Assembly (NCBI GenBank): GCA_043826355.1
Contig: JBDRQI010000004.1
Span: 85,961-149,960 of the forward strand
Origin: Candidatus Omnitrophota bacterium
GTDB taxonomy: Bacteria > Ratteibacteria > UBA8468 > MWAK01
Length of the DNA: 64,000 bases
Reading direction: 5' to 3'
Below the pieces are notes generated by a model. That model was not told the DNA's origin. It was given only the letters and a program-made list of their open reading frames with translations, and made no database searches. Each line of letters starts with the position of its first letter. The stretch's first letter is position 1. A program made the translations under genes and the position numbers. Of the stretch, positions 36,042 to 45,653 are shown one piece after another.

Positions 36042-37700
36042 TTATATCACTATATGGCTCCAGGGTAAAACTGCGTTTTCCGGTTGTGCTTCCAGAATAG
36101 AACGGCAGTCAATTTCCGCTTCGGACAGGGCTTCCGTCCAGAGGTCAAAGCGGAAATGTTCGTCCCATCCGTCAAACCGGCTGCCTTTTTGCCAGGCGCC
36201 GAGGATTGCTTTACCTGTTCTCCGGTCAGACCGGGAAAGGATTGCTTCCAAAAAGCTCTGCTGATAGGGGTGAAAGCGCAGGGAAAGATAACGGTTTTTC
36301 TTTAAACATCCCCGGAGAAAATCCGTTTTTTCCCTGATTTCACCCTCGGTTGCCATACTCGCTCTTTCCAGCGGCGTGTGCGGTTTTGGGATAAAGGTAT
36401 TGAAGGATAAGTTAAGGCGAAGAATTCGGCTTAACTCAGTAACCAGACGGACGATTTCCTTCAGGTCCGCCTCGGTCTCTTCCGGCAGGCCGAGCATAAA
36501 GTAGAGTTTCAGATGTTGCCACCCGGATTTTTTTGCCTGGGAGGCCTGGTTTAACAGGTCAGCATCGGTGAGCTCCTTTTTTAATTGCCGGCGCAACCTT
36601 TCCGAGCTTTCCGGGGCAAAGGTTAAACTGGAATGTTTTCGGCCCTTTTCTGGCTGGGCCGCTGAGAGCAGCAGTGTGTCGGCTCTCAGCGACGGAAGAG
36701 AGAGTTTCACGCTCCTCCTCCGGCATAGCGGTTCTAAAAGGTTGCGAAGTTCAACCAGGCGCGGATAATCGCCGGTGGAGAGTGAGAGAAGAGAAATTTC
36801 AGCGTAACCGGTTTGGGTCAATGCGTTTTTGGCTATCTCCAGAATTTTTTGGGGAGAGCGTGTGCGGCACGGGCCGTAAATCACCCTGGCCTGGCAGAAT
36901 TGGCAACGGTTGGTGCAACCGCGCATAATCTCAATTCCGATCCTGTCGTGGACTACCGGCAGGTAAGGGACCAGCCATTTTTCCGGAAAGAAGGCGTTTT
37001 CAAAATCTCCGATTACCGTTTTTTTTATTTCGGAGTAAAGGGTTTTTTCTTGGGATAGGAGGCCGCGGTAAACGCCGGATTGGTCATAGCGGGGTTGATG
37101 CAGCGATGGTACATAAACACCGGGCAGCCGGCTTAAATGCAGAAGTTTTTCCCGGCGTTTTGCGGACCGGTTTTTCTCCAGAACCTTCAGTATGGAAAGG
37201 ATTGCTTCTTCGCCCTCGCCGACCAGAAACGCATCGCAGAAATCGGTCATGGGTTCCGGCGTAAAGGCGCCGGTTCCGCCGGCCAGGACAATCGGGTCAT
37301 CATCGCGGCGGTCTTCGCGTTTTAAAGGGATACTGCTTAAGGAAAGAATAGTGAGGAAATTGCTGTATGAGAGTTCGCTGGCCAGCGTAACCCCGATTAT
37401 GTCGAATTCCGAGAGAGGTCTGTCTGATTCCAGACTGGAGATGGAAATTCCTTTTTGACGTAATTGTTCTTCCAGGTCCAGGTCCGGCGCAAATACCCGT
37501 TCCGCCAGGTAATTTTGTTGGTAATTTACAATTCCATAGAGAAGGCGCTGACCCAGGTTGGACATTCCCAGTTCGTAAATCTCCGGGAAGCAGAGGCAGA
37601 TTTTTACCCGGGCCGCATTCCAATCCTTAACCGTATGGTTAACTTCGCGACCGATATAGCGGGCCGGGCTCTTTACCAGATTCAGGAATTGCGCATCCAT
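36042..37700 (-). CDS. TIGR03960-type B12-binding radical SAM protein
   Basis: PARYIGRE, FPEIYELGMSNLG, EIMRGCTNRCQFCQ, FIPKPHTP; typical position after rodA. Confidence 0.88.
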   Translation of the reverse strand: MDAQFLNLVKSPARYIGREVNHTVKDWNAARVKICLCFPEIYELGMSNLGQRLLYGIVNYQQNYLAERVFAPDLDLEEQLRQKGISISSLESDRPLSEFDIIGVTLASELSYSNFLTILSLSSIPLKREDRRDDDPIVLAGGTGAFTPEPMTDFCDAFLVGEGEEAILSILKVLEKNRSAKRREKLLHLSRLPGVYVPSLHQPRYDQSGVYRGLLSQEKTLYSEIKKTVIGDFENAFFPEKWLVPYLPVVHDRIGIEIMRGCTNRCQFCQARVIYGPCRTRSPQKILEIAKNALTQTGYAEISLLSLSTGDYPRLVELRNLLEPLCRRRSVKLSLPSLRADTLLLSAAQPEKGRKHSSLTFAPESSERLRRQLKKELTDADLLNQASQAKKSGWQHLKLYFMLGLPEETEADLKEIVRLVTELSRILRLNLSFNTFIPKPHTPLERASMATEGEIREKTDFLRGCLKKNRYLSLRFHPYQQSFLEAILSRSDRRTGKAILGAWQKGSRFDGWDEHFRFDLWTEALSEAEIDCRSILEAQPENAVLPWSHIVI

Positions 37701-37707
37701 AAAAAAT

Positions 37708-37808
37708 CAGTATACAGTATACGGTAGAGCAGCATACAGGGAACGGCAAGGTTTAAAGTCGTTTTAATTTCTTTCCCTGTATGCTCGTCTACTGTATGCT
37801 GTATACCG
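37708..37808. repeat. Family D inverted heptamer-array element
   Basis: Arms of AGTATAC/GGTAGAG/AGCATAC units ending AGGGA...TCCCT; second copy at 40673. Confidence 0.8.
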
Positions 37809-38903
37809 TTATATAAACGTTTCCCGGTTTTTGATGTTTAAGATAATTCCCACTGCGGCCAGGGAGGTTATCAGTGAGGAACCGCCGTAACTGAGGAAGG
37901 GCAGGGGGATTCCGACCACCGGCAGGAAGCCCATGGTCATCGCGATATTCACGAATACCTGGGTAGCGAACATTGCGCCGCAGCCGACGGCGATCATGGT
38001 ACCGGCGCGGTCCCGGGTGTCAGAGGCGATTTTAAGTATTTCCATCAGAAAAATGAGGTAGACGAACAGGAGGATAACGCTGCCCAGAAGACCCCATTCT
38101 TCCGCCAGGACGGAGAAGATAAAATCGGTGTGGTGCTCCGGTAAAAAAGCCAGATGGGTCTGGGTTCCCCGGAGAAAACCTTTGCCGAAGAAACCGCCGG
38201 AACCGATGGCGATTTTGGACTGGAGAAGATTGTACCCGGCGCCCAGCGGGTCTATCCCCGGGTTCAGGAAGACCATAATCCGCTGTTTTTGATAAGATTT
38301 CAGAAAGAACCAGAGAACCGGCAGAGAAGCCAGCCCCATGCCTGAAAGCGCGAAAAGATTTTTTTTGGGCGCGCCGGCGATATAGAACATTGCAAAAAAT
38401 ATCGGGATTAAAACAAATGCGGTCCCCAGGTTGGGCTGCATCAATATCAGAAACATCGGTGGCAGCAGGAGGAAAAGAGCGGCAATAAAGATGGTTGAAA
38501 AATACGCCATGGTCTCTCTATGGCGGGCGATATAACTGGCGAGCACAAAAATAAAGAGGATCTTAGCCGGTTCCGAAGGCTGAAGGTATAAAGCGCCCAG
38601 TTTAAACCAGCGCTGGGTTTCCGAGCGGCCGTGTCCAAAGAACAGGACCAGGGATAGAATGAGCAGCATGAGCAGATACAAGAACCCGGAGCTGCGCGTC
38701 CAGAGATGGAAATCAATCCGTGCCAGTAAGGCCAGCGCCGCAAATCCGATTGCCGCCCAGACAATCTGCCGCACAAAGAGAGCGGATAAACTCTGGCTGA
38801 TAACCCGGCTGGAGCTGAAGATTAAGACCAGTCCGATAAAAATCAGCACTCCGGTCAGGAGCAGCAGCGGCAAGTAGAGTTTTTCTTTACGTTTCGCATT
38901 CAT
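37809..38903 (-). CDS. rodA: Rod shape-determining protein RodA
   Basis: QPSEPAK, QPNLGT, QSKIAIGSGG, PEHHTDFIF, SYGGSS. Confidence 0.96.
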   Translation of the reverse strand: MNAKRKEKLYLPLLLLTGVLIFIGLVLIFSSSRVISQSLSALFVRQIVWAAIGFAALALLARIDFHLWTRSSGFLYLLMLLILSLVLFFGHGRSETQRWFKLGALYLQPSEPAKILFIFVLASYIARHRETMAYFSTIFIAALFLLLPPMFLILMQPNLGTAFVLIPIFFAMFYIAGAPKKNLFALSGMGLASLPVLWFFLKSYQKQRIMVFLNPGIDPLGAGYNLLQSKIAIGSGGFFGKGFLRGTQTHLAFLPEHHTDFIFSVLAEEWGLLGSVILLFVYLIFLMEILKIASDTRDRAGTMIAVGCGAMFATQVFVNIAMTMGFLPVVGIPLPFLSYGGSSLITSLAAVGIILNIKNRETFI

Positions 38904-38937
38904 AATTTTTCTTTATTTGACAGGCGGGACGCCTGTC

Positions 38938-40665
38938 CTACTGTTCATCATTCACCGTAGTTTCCTGGGTATCGGAACCTGTGGCCGCCCGAGCCGGAAA
39001 AAAATACTCACTTAGAATCCGGCGGGTGATGGCGGCGGCTTCGGAAGAAGCGCCGCTGTCCAGCACAACCGCCATGGATATCCGGGGGTTTTCCGTCGGC
39101 GCATAACAGACGAAACTTCCCCGGGTGGTCAGTCTCAAGTCCCGCTGGGCGGTTTGGGCTGTTCCGGTTTTGCCGGCTATGGAAATTCCCGGTACCTGGG
39201 CGCCAGAGCCGGTTCCGGAATCGACTACCGCCAAAAGGCTTTCTTTTAAAATATTCAGGGTTGTTTCCGAAACAAAAAAATAACTTTGGATTACCGGACC
39301 GAACTCCTCAATCGTATTCCCCTCGCGGTCACGGAGTTCGCGGACTATTTCCGGCCGGAAGATATTGCCTCCGTTGGCAACCGTTGCGATCAGGTTAGCC
39401 ATTTGAATTGGTGTTAAGATAAGGGCCCCCTGTCCAATTGACAGGTTAAGGGCGCCGCCCGAATCACCGGTTCTGGGGATAAAACCGGCTTTTTCGCCGG
39501 GCAGGTCAATGCCGGTTACGACTCCGAGTCCGGCCCTCACGGCGTATGCCAGCAGGTTGGCTTCACCGGTCTTCATACCGATCTGTCCAAAATAAATGTT
39601 GCATGACTGGGCCAGGGCGTTTTTAAAAGAAACCCATCCGTGGCCGTCTTCTTTCCAGCAGTGGAATTCCCGGTCGCCGAGCGTCAGAGAACCCAGGCAT
39701 TCGTACTCGTCTTCCGGGGTGATTGAACCGCTTTCCAACGCGGCAATCGAAGTGATTATTTTAAACACGGAGCCGGGAGCGTATAATCCGGCCAACGCCC
39801 GGTTCAGGAAGGGTTTGTCGGACCGGTTGAGATAGGGGGCCGGGTTATTCGGGTCGAAAGTCGGTTTGCTGGTCAGGGCAAGAACCTCTCCGGTGTTGGG
39901 AGAGAGGACGACGATGGCACCGGCGCGGTCTCCCAGTTTACCTGAAGCAATTTGCTGGAGGCGGCTGTCGATGGTTAAAACAACCGTGTGGCCGGGTCTG
40001 GATTCCTTTTGGCCCAGGACCCGGAGCTGGTGACCGCGCGCGTCTACCTCTACCTGGGTGCCGCCCCGTTCTCCGCGCAGCAGACTGTCAAACATTTTCT
40101 CAATACCGCTGCGGCCGATAAGGTCTCCGGAACGCAACCCCTCTTTTTTAAGCATCAGTAATTCTTCTCTGTTTACCTCGCCCAGGTATCCCAGGATGCT
40201 GGCGGTCTCTTTCCCGAAAGGATAGTTTCTGATTAAGCCGGTTTGGATATAAACGCCGGTCAGCCAGCTGCTGTTTTCTTCAATAGCATGAATTTGTGCC
40301 TGGGAAAGATTTCTAAATATGGTGCGGAGTTCAAAAGGGTTAGTTGCCTTTTCCGCAAATTTTTTCTGGATTTCGGACCGGCTCATATTTAAAATCGGAG
40401 CCAGGATATCAACGCACTCGGCTGGGTTTTTAAGGTCATACGGAACGTAGGTCAGGTTGAAACCTAACTTGTCTTCCGCCAGAACAATTCCGTTGCGGTC
40501 CAGAATTTTACCGCGCGGTATATCCAGGTAAATGGTCCGGATGGAATTACCCTCGGATAGTTGCCGAAAACGGGAATGCCCGAAAACTTGAAGGTAGACT
40601 AATCCTCCAACCAGCGGTAAAAGAGCAATAAAGATAAAACGTCTCACGACATCAAACCTATCCAT
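38938..40665 (-). CDS. mrdA: Penicillin-binding protein 2
   Basis: RGKILDRNG, PGSVFK (SxxK), SCN, KTG. Confidence 0.95.
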   Translation of the reverse strand: MDRFDVVRRFIFIALLPLVGGLVYLQVFGHSRFRQLSEGNSIRTIYLDIPRGKILDRNGIVLAEDKLGFNLTYVPYDLKNPAECVDILAPILNMSRSEIQKKFAEKATNPFELRTIFRNLSQAQIHAIEENSSWLTGVYIQTGLIRNYPFGKETASILGYLGEVNREELLMLKKEGLRSGDLIGRSGIEKMFDSLLRGERGGTQVEVDARGHQLRVLGQKESRPGHTVVLTIDSRLQQIASGKLGDRAGAIVVLSPNTGEVLALTSKPTFDPNNPAPYLNRSDKPFLNRALAGLYAPGSVFKIITSIAALESGSITPEDEYECLGSLTLGDREFHCWKEDGHGWVSFKNALAQSCNIYFGQIGMKTGEANLLAYAVRAGLGVVTGIDLPGEKAGFIPRTGDSGGALNLSIGQGALILTPIQMANLIATVANGGNIFRPEIVRELRDREGNTIEEFGPVIQSYFFVSETTLNILKESLLAVVDSGTGSGAQVPGISIAGKTGTAQTAQRDLRLTTRGSFVCYAPTENPRISMAVVLDSGASSEAAAITRRILSEYFFPARAATGSDTQETTVNDEQ

Positions 40666-40672
40666 AAAGGAA

Positions 40673-40775
40673 AGTATACGGTAGACAAGTAGACAGTATA
40701 CAGGGAAAAGATAAAATCATTTAAAAAATCTTTTTGCGGTTCCCTGTCTACCAGTCTACTGTATGCTGTATACTG
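40673..40775. repeat. Family D inverted heptamer-array element
   Basis: Same architecture as 37708-37808. Confidence 0.8.
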
Positions 40776-40780
40776 TTTTT

Positions 40781-41257
40781 TTACACGAGTTCCCGTTGGT
40801 AAAGATAGAAAGCCGGCAGGGACCAAAGACTATTATATATTGAAAAGGCGATGGGTTTCCAAAGCAGGGTTATGCCCCAGGCCGGCGCGCAAATGGTCTG
40901 GTAGACTACGGAGAAAAAAAAAGAAAAATAGACCGAGTACAGCAGGGTGGTGGAAGTGTTAAACTCCGTTTTTTCTGCCAGAAAACGGCTGGCAATATAA
41001 GCCACCAGGAGATAAACGATGCTGTGTCCGCCGATGGTTGAGTTAAAGAGGATGTCCTGGTAAAGGCCCAGGGCAAGAGCACTTATCAAACCAATGGTGC
41101 CGGGAAAAGAAAGGCTCAGAAAGAGAACTAAGAGCAGGGTCAGGTTTGGTGCTATTCCAAAAATTCTGAGATAGCGGAACGCCAGGTATTGAATTCCAAA
41201 ATTGACTAATACCACTACGAGAAAAGAGCGCTGGTTAAGTGAATTTCTAATAAACAA
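40781..41257 (-). CDS. mreD: Rod shape-determining protein MreD
   Basis: Hydrophobic, PNLTLL, GLYQD; synteny. Confidence 0.85.
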   Translation of the reverse strand: MFIRNSLNQRSFLVVVLVNFGIQYLAFRYLRIFGIAPNLTLLLVLFLSLSFPGTIGLISALALGLYQDILFNSTIGGHSIVYLLVAYIASRFLAEKTEFNTSTTLLYSVYFSFFFSVVYQTICAPAWGITLLWKPIAFSIYNSLWSLPAFYLYQRELV

Positions 41258-41918
41258 TTACCACCTCTTCCAATGACGAAAAGTTAGCGCTGGGCCGGAC
41301 CAGTATTTTTCGGAAAAATCCTTTACCAGCTTTTGAGGCTTGAATTGTCCCGACCGGGATTCCGGAAAGATAATTATGGCTTAACTTGGAAGTGACTACG
41401 GTGCCACCGACCCTGGGTGAATTATCGTTAGGCACATAACCGATCGTAAGGCTGAACATTCCGGTGCTTTCCAAAATGCCCATTTCCCGGCTCTCCTGAA
41501 CGGAAACGCTTACCCGGCTTTGCGGGTTTAAAATAGTCATTACTTTAACGCATTTGCCTTCTTTCTCCGTCACGTGTCCCACCAGGTTTCCGTCCGCGTC
41601 AAGCACCGTTAAACCAGGCTTGACCCGGTCGGCTTGATTGGTTTTCAGAGTAAGCCAGTTTGGCCATCCGATCGGGTCTAGCGTTGACACTTCACCGATT
41701 GCGGCAATTGTGCCTTTCTTTTTTTCAGAAAAATTCAAAAGGGCCCGTAAGCGTTCGTTCTCCCGGAGCAGTTCCCGGGCGGATGAATCCCGGTAATTGA
41801 TCAGGGCGGCAGCTGGAATTTCTTTTGGTTTGAAAGCATCTGCTTTTAGGCGGAAGAGAAATATTGATATCAGCAGGAGCAGGATGAAGATAAATTCTTT
41901 CTGGAATTTCCAGAGCAT
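41247..41918 (-). CDS. mreC: Rod shape-determining protein MreC
   Basis: ENERLRALL, LVGHV, VVTS..GIPVG; synteny. Confidence 0.9.
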   Translation of the reverse strand: MLWKFQKEFIFILLLLISIFLFRLKADAFKPKEIPAAALINYRDSSARELLRENERLRALLNFSEKKKGTIAAIGEVSTLDPIGWPNWLTLKTNQADRVKPGLTVLDADGNLVGHVTEKEGKCVKVMTILNPQSRVSVSVQESREMGILESTGMFSLTIGYVPNDNSPRVGGTVVTSKLSHNYLSGIPVGTIQASKAGKGFFRKILVRPSANFSSLEEVVIVY

Positions 41919-41954
41919 GAAAACCTCAAATTAATCTGCGTCCTGTTTAAATTT

Positions 41955-42989
41955 TCAGGAATGCAAAGGAGTAACTTTGCGGAAATAATGCTCGTCTTCC
42001 AGCATTTTTCCGGTGCCTTTCACAACGGCGAGAAGCGGTTCGTCGGCAACCTGGACCGGAATCTTGGTTTCGGAAGAGAGCAAGCTGGAAATTCCTTTCA
42101 GGAGAGAACCTCCGCCGGCCATGTGGATACCGCGCACCACCAGGTCGCTGGATAATTCCGGCGGGGTGTCTTCCAGGAGGGCACGGACTTCATTTGTAAT
42201 CGTATTGACATTTTCCTTAAGCGCTTCCCGGATTTCCTCGGAACCAACCATAACCTTGCGGGGCAAACCTTCCACCAGGTCGCGGCCGGTAACCTCCATG
42301 GACATCTCTTCTTCCATCGGCCAGGCAGAACCGATGGTAATCTTAATCTCTTCGGCGGTTCGTTCACCGACCAGCAGGTTATATTTTTTTTTGAGATATT
42401 CCGTGATTGATCCGTCCATTTCATTTCCGCCGATACGGATGCTTCGTGAAGCAACGATGTCACCCAGGGAAATGACGGCCATTTCCGTGGTTCCGCCGCC
42501 CATGTCAATGATGAAATTACCGATCGGTTCTTCGACCGGGAGACCGATTCCGATGGCGGAAGCTTTTGGTTCTTCAATCAGGTAGACTGCCCGCGCCCCG
42601 GCCTTGGTGGCGGTTTCAATTACCGCCCGTCTTTCTACGCTGGTAATGCCGGAAGGTATGGCGATGACCACCCGGGGAGGGAGCACGAATCGGTGTCGGG
42701 CGCTTTTCACTTTTTCCAGAAAATAACGCAGCATCGTTTCGGTTGCTTCAAAATCGGCGATGACCCCATCTTTTAAAGGCCGCATCGCAATGATATTGGC
42801 CGGAGTTCGGCCCAGCATCCGCTTTGCTTCTATTCCAACCGCAATCGTTTTATGGGTCTCTTTGTGCATCGCCACGATTGACGGTTCCGAAAAAACGATT
42901 CCCCGCCCGCGTACGTAAACGACGGTGTTGGCGGTACCGAGATCGATACCTATATCGTTGGCCAGTAAAAAATTAAATAATTTGCCCAT
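41955..42989 (-). CDS. mreB: Rod shape-determining protein MreB
   Basis: IGIDLGTANT, RPLKDGVIADF, DMGGGTTE. Confidence 0.97.
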   Translation of the reverse strand: MGKLFNFLLANDIGIDLGTANTVVYVRGRGIVFSEPSIVAMHKETHKTIAVGIEAKRMLGRTPANIIAMRPLKDGVIADFEATETMLRYFLEKVKSARHRFVLPPRVVIAIPSGITSVERRAVIETATKAGARAVYLIEEPKASAIGIGLPVEEPIGNFIIDMGGGTTEMAVISLGDIVASRSIRIGGNEMDGSITEYLKKKYNLLVGERTAEEIKITIGSAWPMEEEMSMEVTGRDLVEGLPRKVMVGSEEIREALKENVNTITNEVRALLEDTPPELSSDLVVRGIHMAGGGSLLKGISSLLSSETKIPVQVADEPLLAVVKGTGKMLEDEHYFRKVTPLHS

Positions 42990-43107
42990 TAGCGCTCCTT
43001 AATGTTATAATTTTTTAAAGTCCTTCGCTTTTTTAAAAGCGAAGGTGTTTTTGCTTAATAAACACCGGAACTTTAATTAGTTTACTATCTTTTAGAGAGG
43101 AAAGTCA

Positions 43108-45099
43108 ATGCGCTATTCTTTTAAATGGTTGCAGGAATTGATATCTCTGGACGGCGTTTCCTGTTCCAACCTGCTGGCTGGTTTGTCTGGAATCGGTCTT
43201 CACTCGGAAACTGTTGTTACGGAAGGAGGAGACCATATTTTTGAACTGGAAATTCCGGCCAATCGGGGTGACCTTTTAAGCATTTGGGGTCTGTGTCGCG
43301 AAATCTCCGCCCTTTTTTGGTTACCCGGACCGGCTTTTCCTTTTCACCCCAGAAAGGAAGCAACGCCTGAAAAAGATGGGTTGAAGGTGAAAATTGACGC
43401 TTTGAAAGCCTGCCCGTTTTATTCGGGATGCCTGGTTTCCGGGGTAAAATTGGGGGAGTCTCCGGAAGAGATGGTCGGAAAAATCAAGGCGCTTGGTCTC
43501 CGGGCGTTAAATAACGTGGTGGATGTTACCAATTACACCCTGCTGGAATTGGGCCAGCCCCTGCACGCTTTTGACGCGGACCGGATTTGCGGCGGCATTG
43601 AAGTTCGTTTCGCACGTTCCGGGGAATTTTTGACTACGATTGACGGCACGGAAAGAAAATTGAACGAAAAAATCCTGGTGATAGCCGACGAAATTAAGGT
43701 CCTGGCTTTGGCCGGCATTATGGGTGGGAAAGAGAGCGAAGTAACCGAAAAGACCAAAAACGTTTTTTTGGAAAGCGCTTTTTTCCATTCAGGAACAATT
43801 CGTTCCGGCCGTAAAATGCTTTCCCTGGAGACCGAGGCATCGGTGCGGTTTGAGCGTGGAGTTGACCCGGATTTGGTGGTGGCTGCTTTGGAAAGGGCCA
43901 AGAGTCTTTCCCGGGAGGTAGCCGGAGGGGTGACGGGTCCCAATCTTAAATCAGGCCGGCTGCCCAGAAATCATTCGTCAATCTCTTTTCATCCGCCGCA
44001 ACTGAAGAATGTGCTGGGGGTTGACATCTCCCCGGAGGAAACGGAGGGTATATTTAAAAGAATCGGTTGTTCCGTCACGGACAAAAAGGATTTTTGGTTA
44101 GTGTCGGTTCCTTCTTACCGGAGCGACCTGAAGACGGAAATTGATCTGGTGGAAGAGGCGGCTCGTTTTCACGGATACGACCTGATACCGTCTGTTTTAC
44201 CCCAGGTTCAGTTGTTGCCTTTGGAATCCGGCACAGCGGTGATGAAAACGGCAAAAATCAGGGATCTGCTCGTTTTGGCCGGTTTTGATGAAATTACAAC
44301 CTCCAGTTTTGGTGTTTCCGGAGCATCCGATTCTCCGTCCGGCGTTTTGGGAGTGGCGGTTATGAATCCACTCAGCCAGGAGCAAAAAGAACTCAGGGGA
44401 AGTATTTTACCCGCGCTTGTTCAGGCCGTTACGTATAACCTTAACCAGGGCAACCCTGACCTGCGTTTTTTTGAAGTCGGTAAAGTCTATCAGGCGACTG
44501 GGTTGCAGGATGCCGGTGGTTTTAAGGAAGAAATTCGGTTGGGGTTAATTATGACCGGGGAAGGGACAGACCGATTAATCCTGAAATCATTAATTTTCAA
44601 TCTGGCTAAAAGTTTTGGCGTGGGCAAGCCTGAGGTCGGCCCGGCTGACCGGCGGTATTTTGATTTCGCAGAATGCGCTTCCCTTATTTTACCGGGCGGT
44701 CAGAAATTTGCGGTTTTTGGAACTGTTTCAGTTGCAAAAGGTTTCTTTCTGGCGGCTGAAGTTTATGTTGATGGTTTATTGAATTCTTCGTCGCGGCCGG
44801 CCAGATTCCGCTACTGGCCGAAAGTACCGGCCGTAATTCGCGACTACTCCTTTCTGGTCCCCAAACTTTTATCCTGGGCGGAGATTGAGCGAAAGGTATA
44901 TGATTCCTCCGATTTGATTTCCCAGGTTACTTTTTTTGACTTGTATCAATCCCCGGAATATCCGGCCGGTTTTCAAAGTGTGGCTTTTTCGGTCTGCTTT
45001 CAATCTCCGGAACGGACATTGACCCATTCGGATATAGATGCGATGCAAAAAGATTTGATTGACAAGCTGACCGAGATGGGCCTGACGTTCAGGAATTGA
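43108..45099 (+). CDS. pheT: Phenylalanine--tRNA ligase beta subunit (short form lacking the B2 OB domain)
   Basis: ANRGDLLS, GQPLHAFD, RFERGVD, RSDL..EIDLVEEAAR.HGYD, C-terminal FDX-ACB. Confidence 0.93.
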   Translation: MRYSFKWLQELISLDGVSCSNLLAGLSGIGLHSETVVTEGGDHIFELEIPANRGDLLSIWGLCREISALFWLPGPAFPFHPRKEATPEKDGLKVKIDALKACPFYSGCLVSGVKLGESPEEMVGKIKALGLRALNNVVDVTNYTLLELGQPLHAFDADRICGGIEVRFARSGEFLTTIDGTERKLNEKILVIADEIKVLALAGIMGGKESEVTEKTKNVFLESAFFHSGTIRSGRKMLSLETEASVRFERGVDPDLVVAALERAKSLSREVAGGVTGPNLKSGRLPRNHSSISFHPPQLKNVLGVDISPEETEGIFKRIGCSVTDKKDFWLVSVPSYRSDLKTEIDLVEEAARFHGYDLIPSVLPQVQLLPLESGTAVMKTAKIRDLLVLAGFDEITTSSFGVSGASDSPSGVLGVAVMNPLSQEQKELRGSILPALVQAVTYNLNQGNPDLRFFEVGKVYQATGLQDAGGFKEEIRLGLIMTGEGTDRLILKSLIFNLAKSFGVGKPEVGPADRRYFDFAECASLILPGGQKFAVFGTVSVAKGFFLAAEVYVDGLLNSSSRPARFRYWPKVPAVIRDYSFLVPKLLSWAEIERKVYDSSDLISQVTFFDLYQSPEYPAGFQSVAFSVCFQSPERTLTHSDIDAMQKDLIDKLTEMGLTFRN

Positions 45100-45416
45100 A
45101 AAAAATAATGAAACGCGTTAATGTTTTAATTACAATTTTGGGTGAGCCGTACAATCTTTCCGGGGACCCGGTGCTTATCAGGAGAACAGCCGAACTTTTT
45201 CAGGAAACGCTGGAGCAAATAGGGAAGAAAAATCGGGGCAAGGACATTTCCACCCACCGGTTAGGGGCGATGGCCGGCATGGCTTTAGCGGAAAAGTTGG
45301 TCATTTTCCAAGACCGGCGGGAGAAAAAAACAGGCTTGGTTAATTCGGTGCAAAATCAGGTCAAGGGTTTAATTGAAATTTTGGAGAAATCGGCTAAAAA
45401 AAAGCCGGATGTTTGA
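45096..45416 (+). CDS. zapA: Cell division protein ZapA-like
   Basis: ITILGEPYNL, AMAGMALA, coiled tail; follows pheT. Confidence 0.7.
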   Translation: MKKIMKRVNVLITILGEPYNLSGDPVLIRRTAELFQETLEQIGKKNRGKDISTHRLGAMAGMALAEKLVIFQDRREKKTGLVNSVQNQVKGLIEILEKSAKKKPDV

Positions 45417-45513
45417 CAGAGCGTAGGCAATAGTGGTATTTTATAAATTTGTTATAATGTAAATATTGCAGTTATTTAGCAATATTCAGTTGCACGCGCA
45501 CGCAAAATTTGAT

Positions 45514-45585
45514 TGCGGGGTGGAGCAGTGGCAGCTCGTCGGGCCCATAACCCGGAGGTCGGAGGTTCGAATCCTCCCCCCGCTA
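45514..45585 (+). tRNA. tRNA-fMet (CAT), CCA not encoded
   Basis: TGCGGGG/CCCCGCT acceptor with 1:72 mismatch, GGG/CCC anticodon stem, CAT anticodon, GGTTCGAATCC. Confidence 0.95.
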
Positions 45586-45653
45586 CAAAATAGTTTTTTA
45601 TTCTTAAAATTCGTCCGGTTTGCGAAGTTACAATTTACAGCAGTTAATAATTT

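Noticed and set aside
45417..45513. 6S RNA after zapA
   Set aside because: Under 100 bp, AT-rich and promoter-like, with no long hairpin
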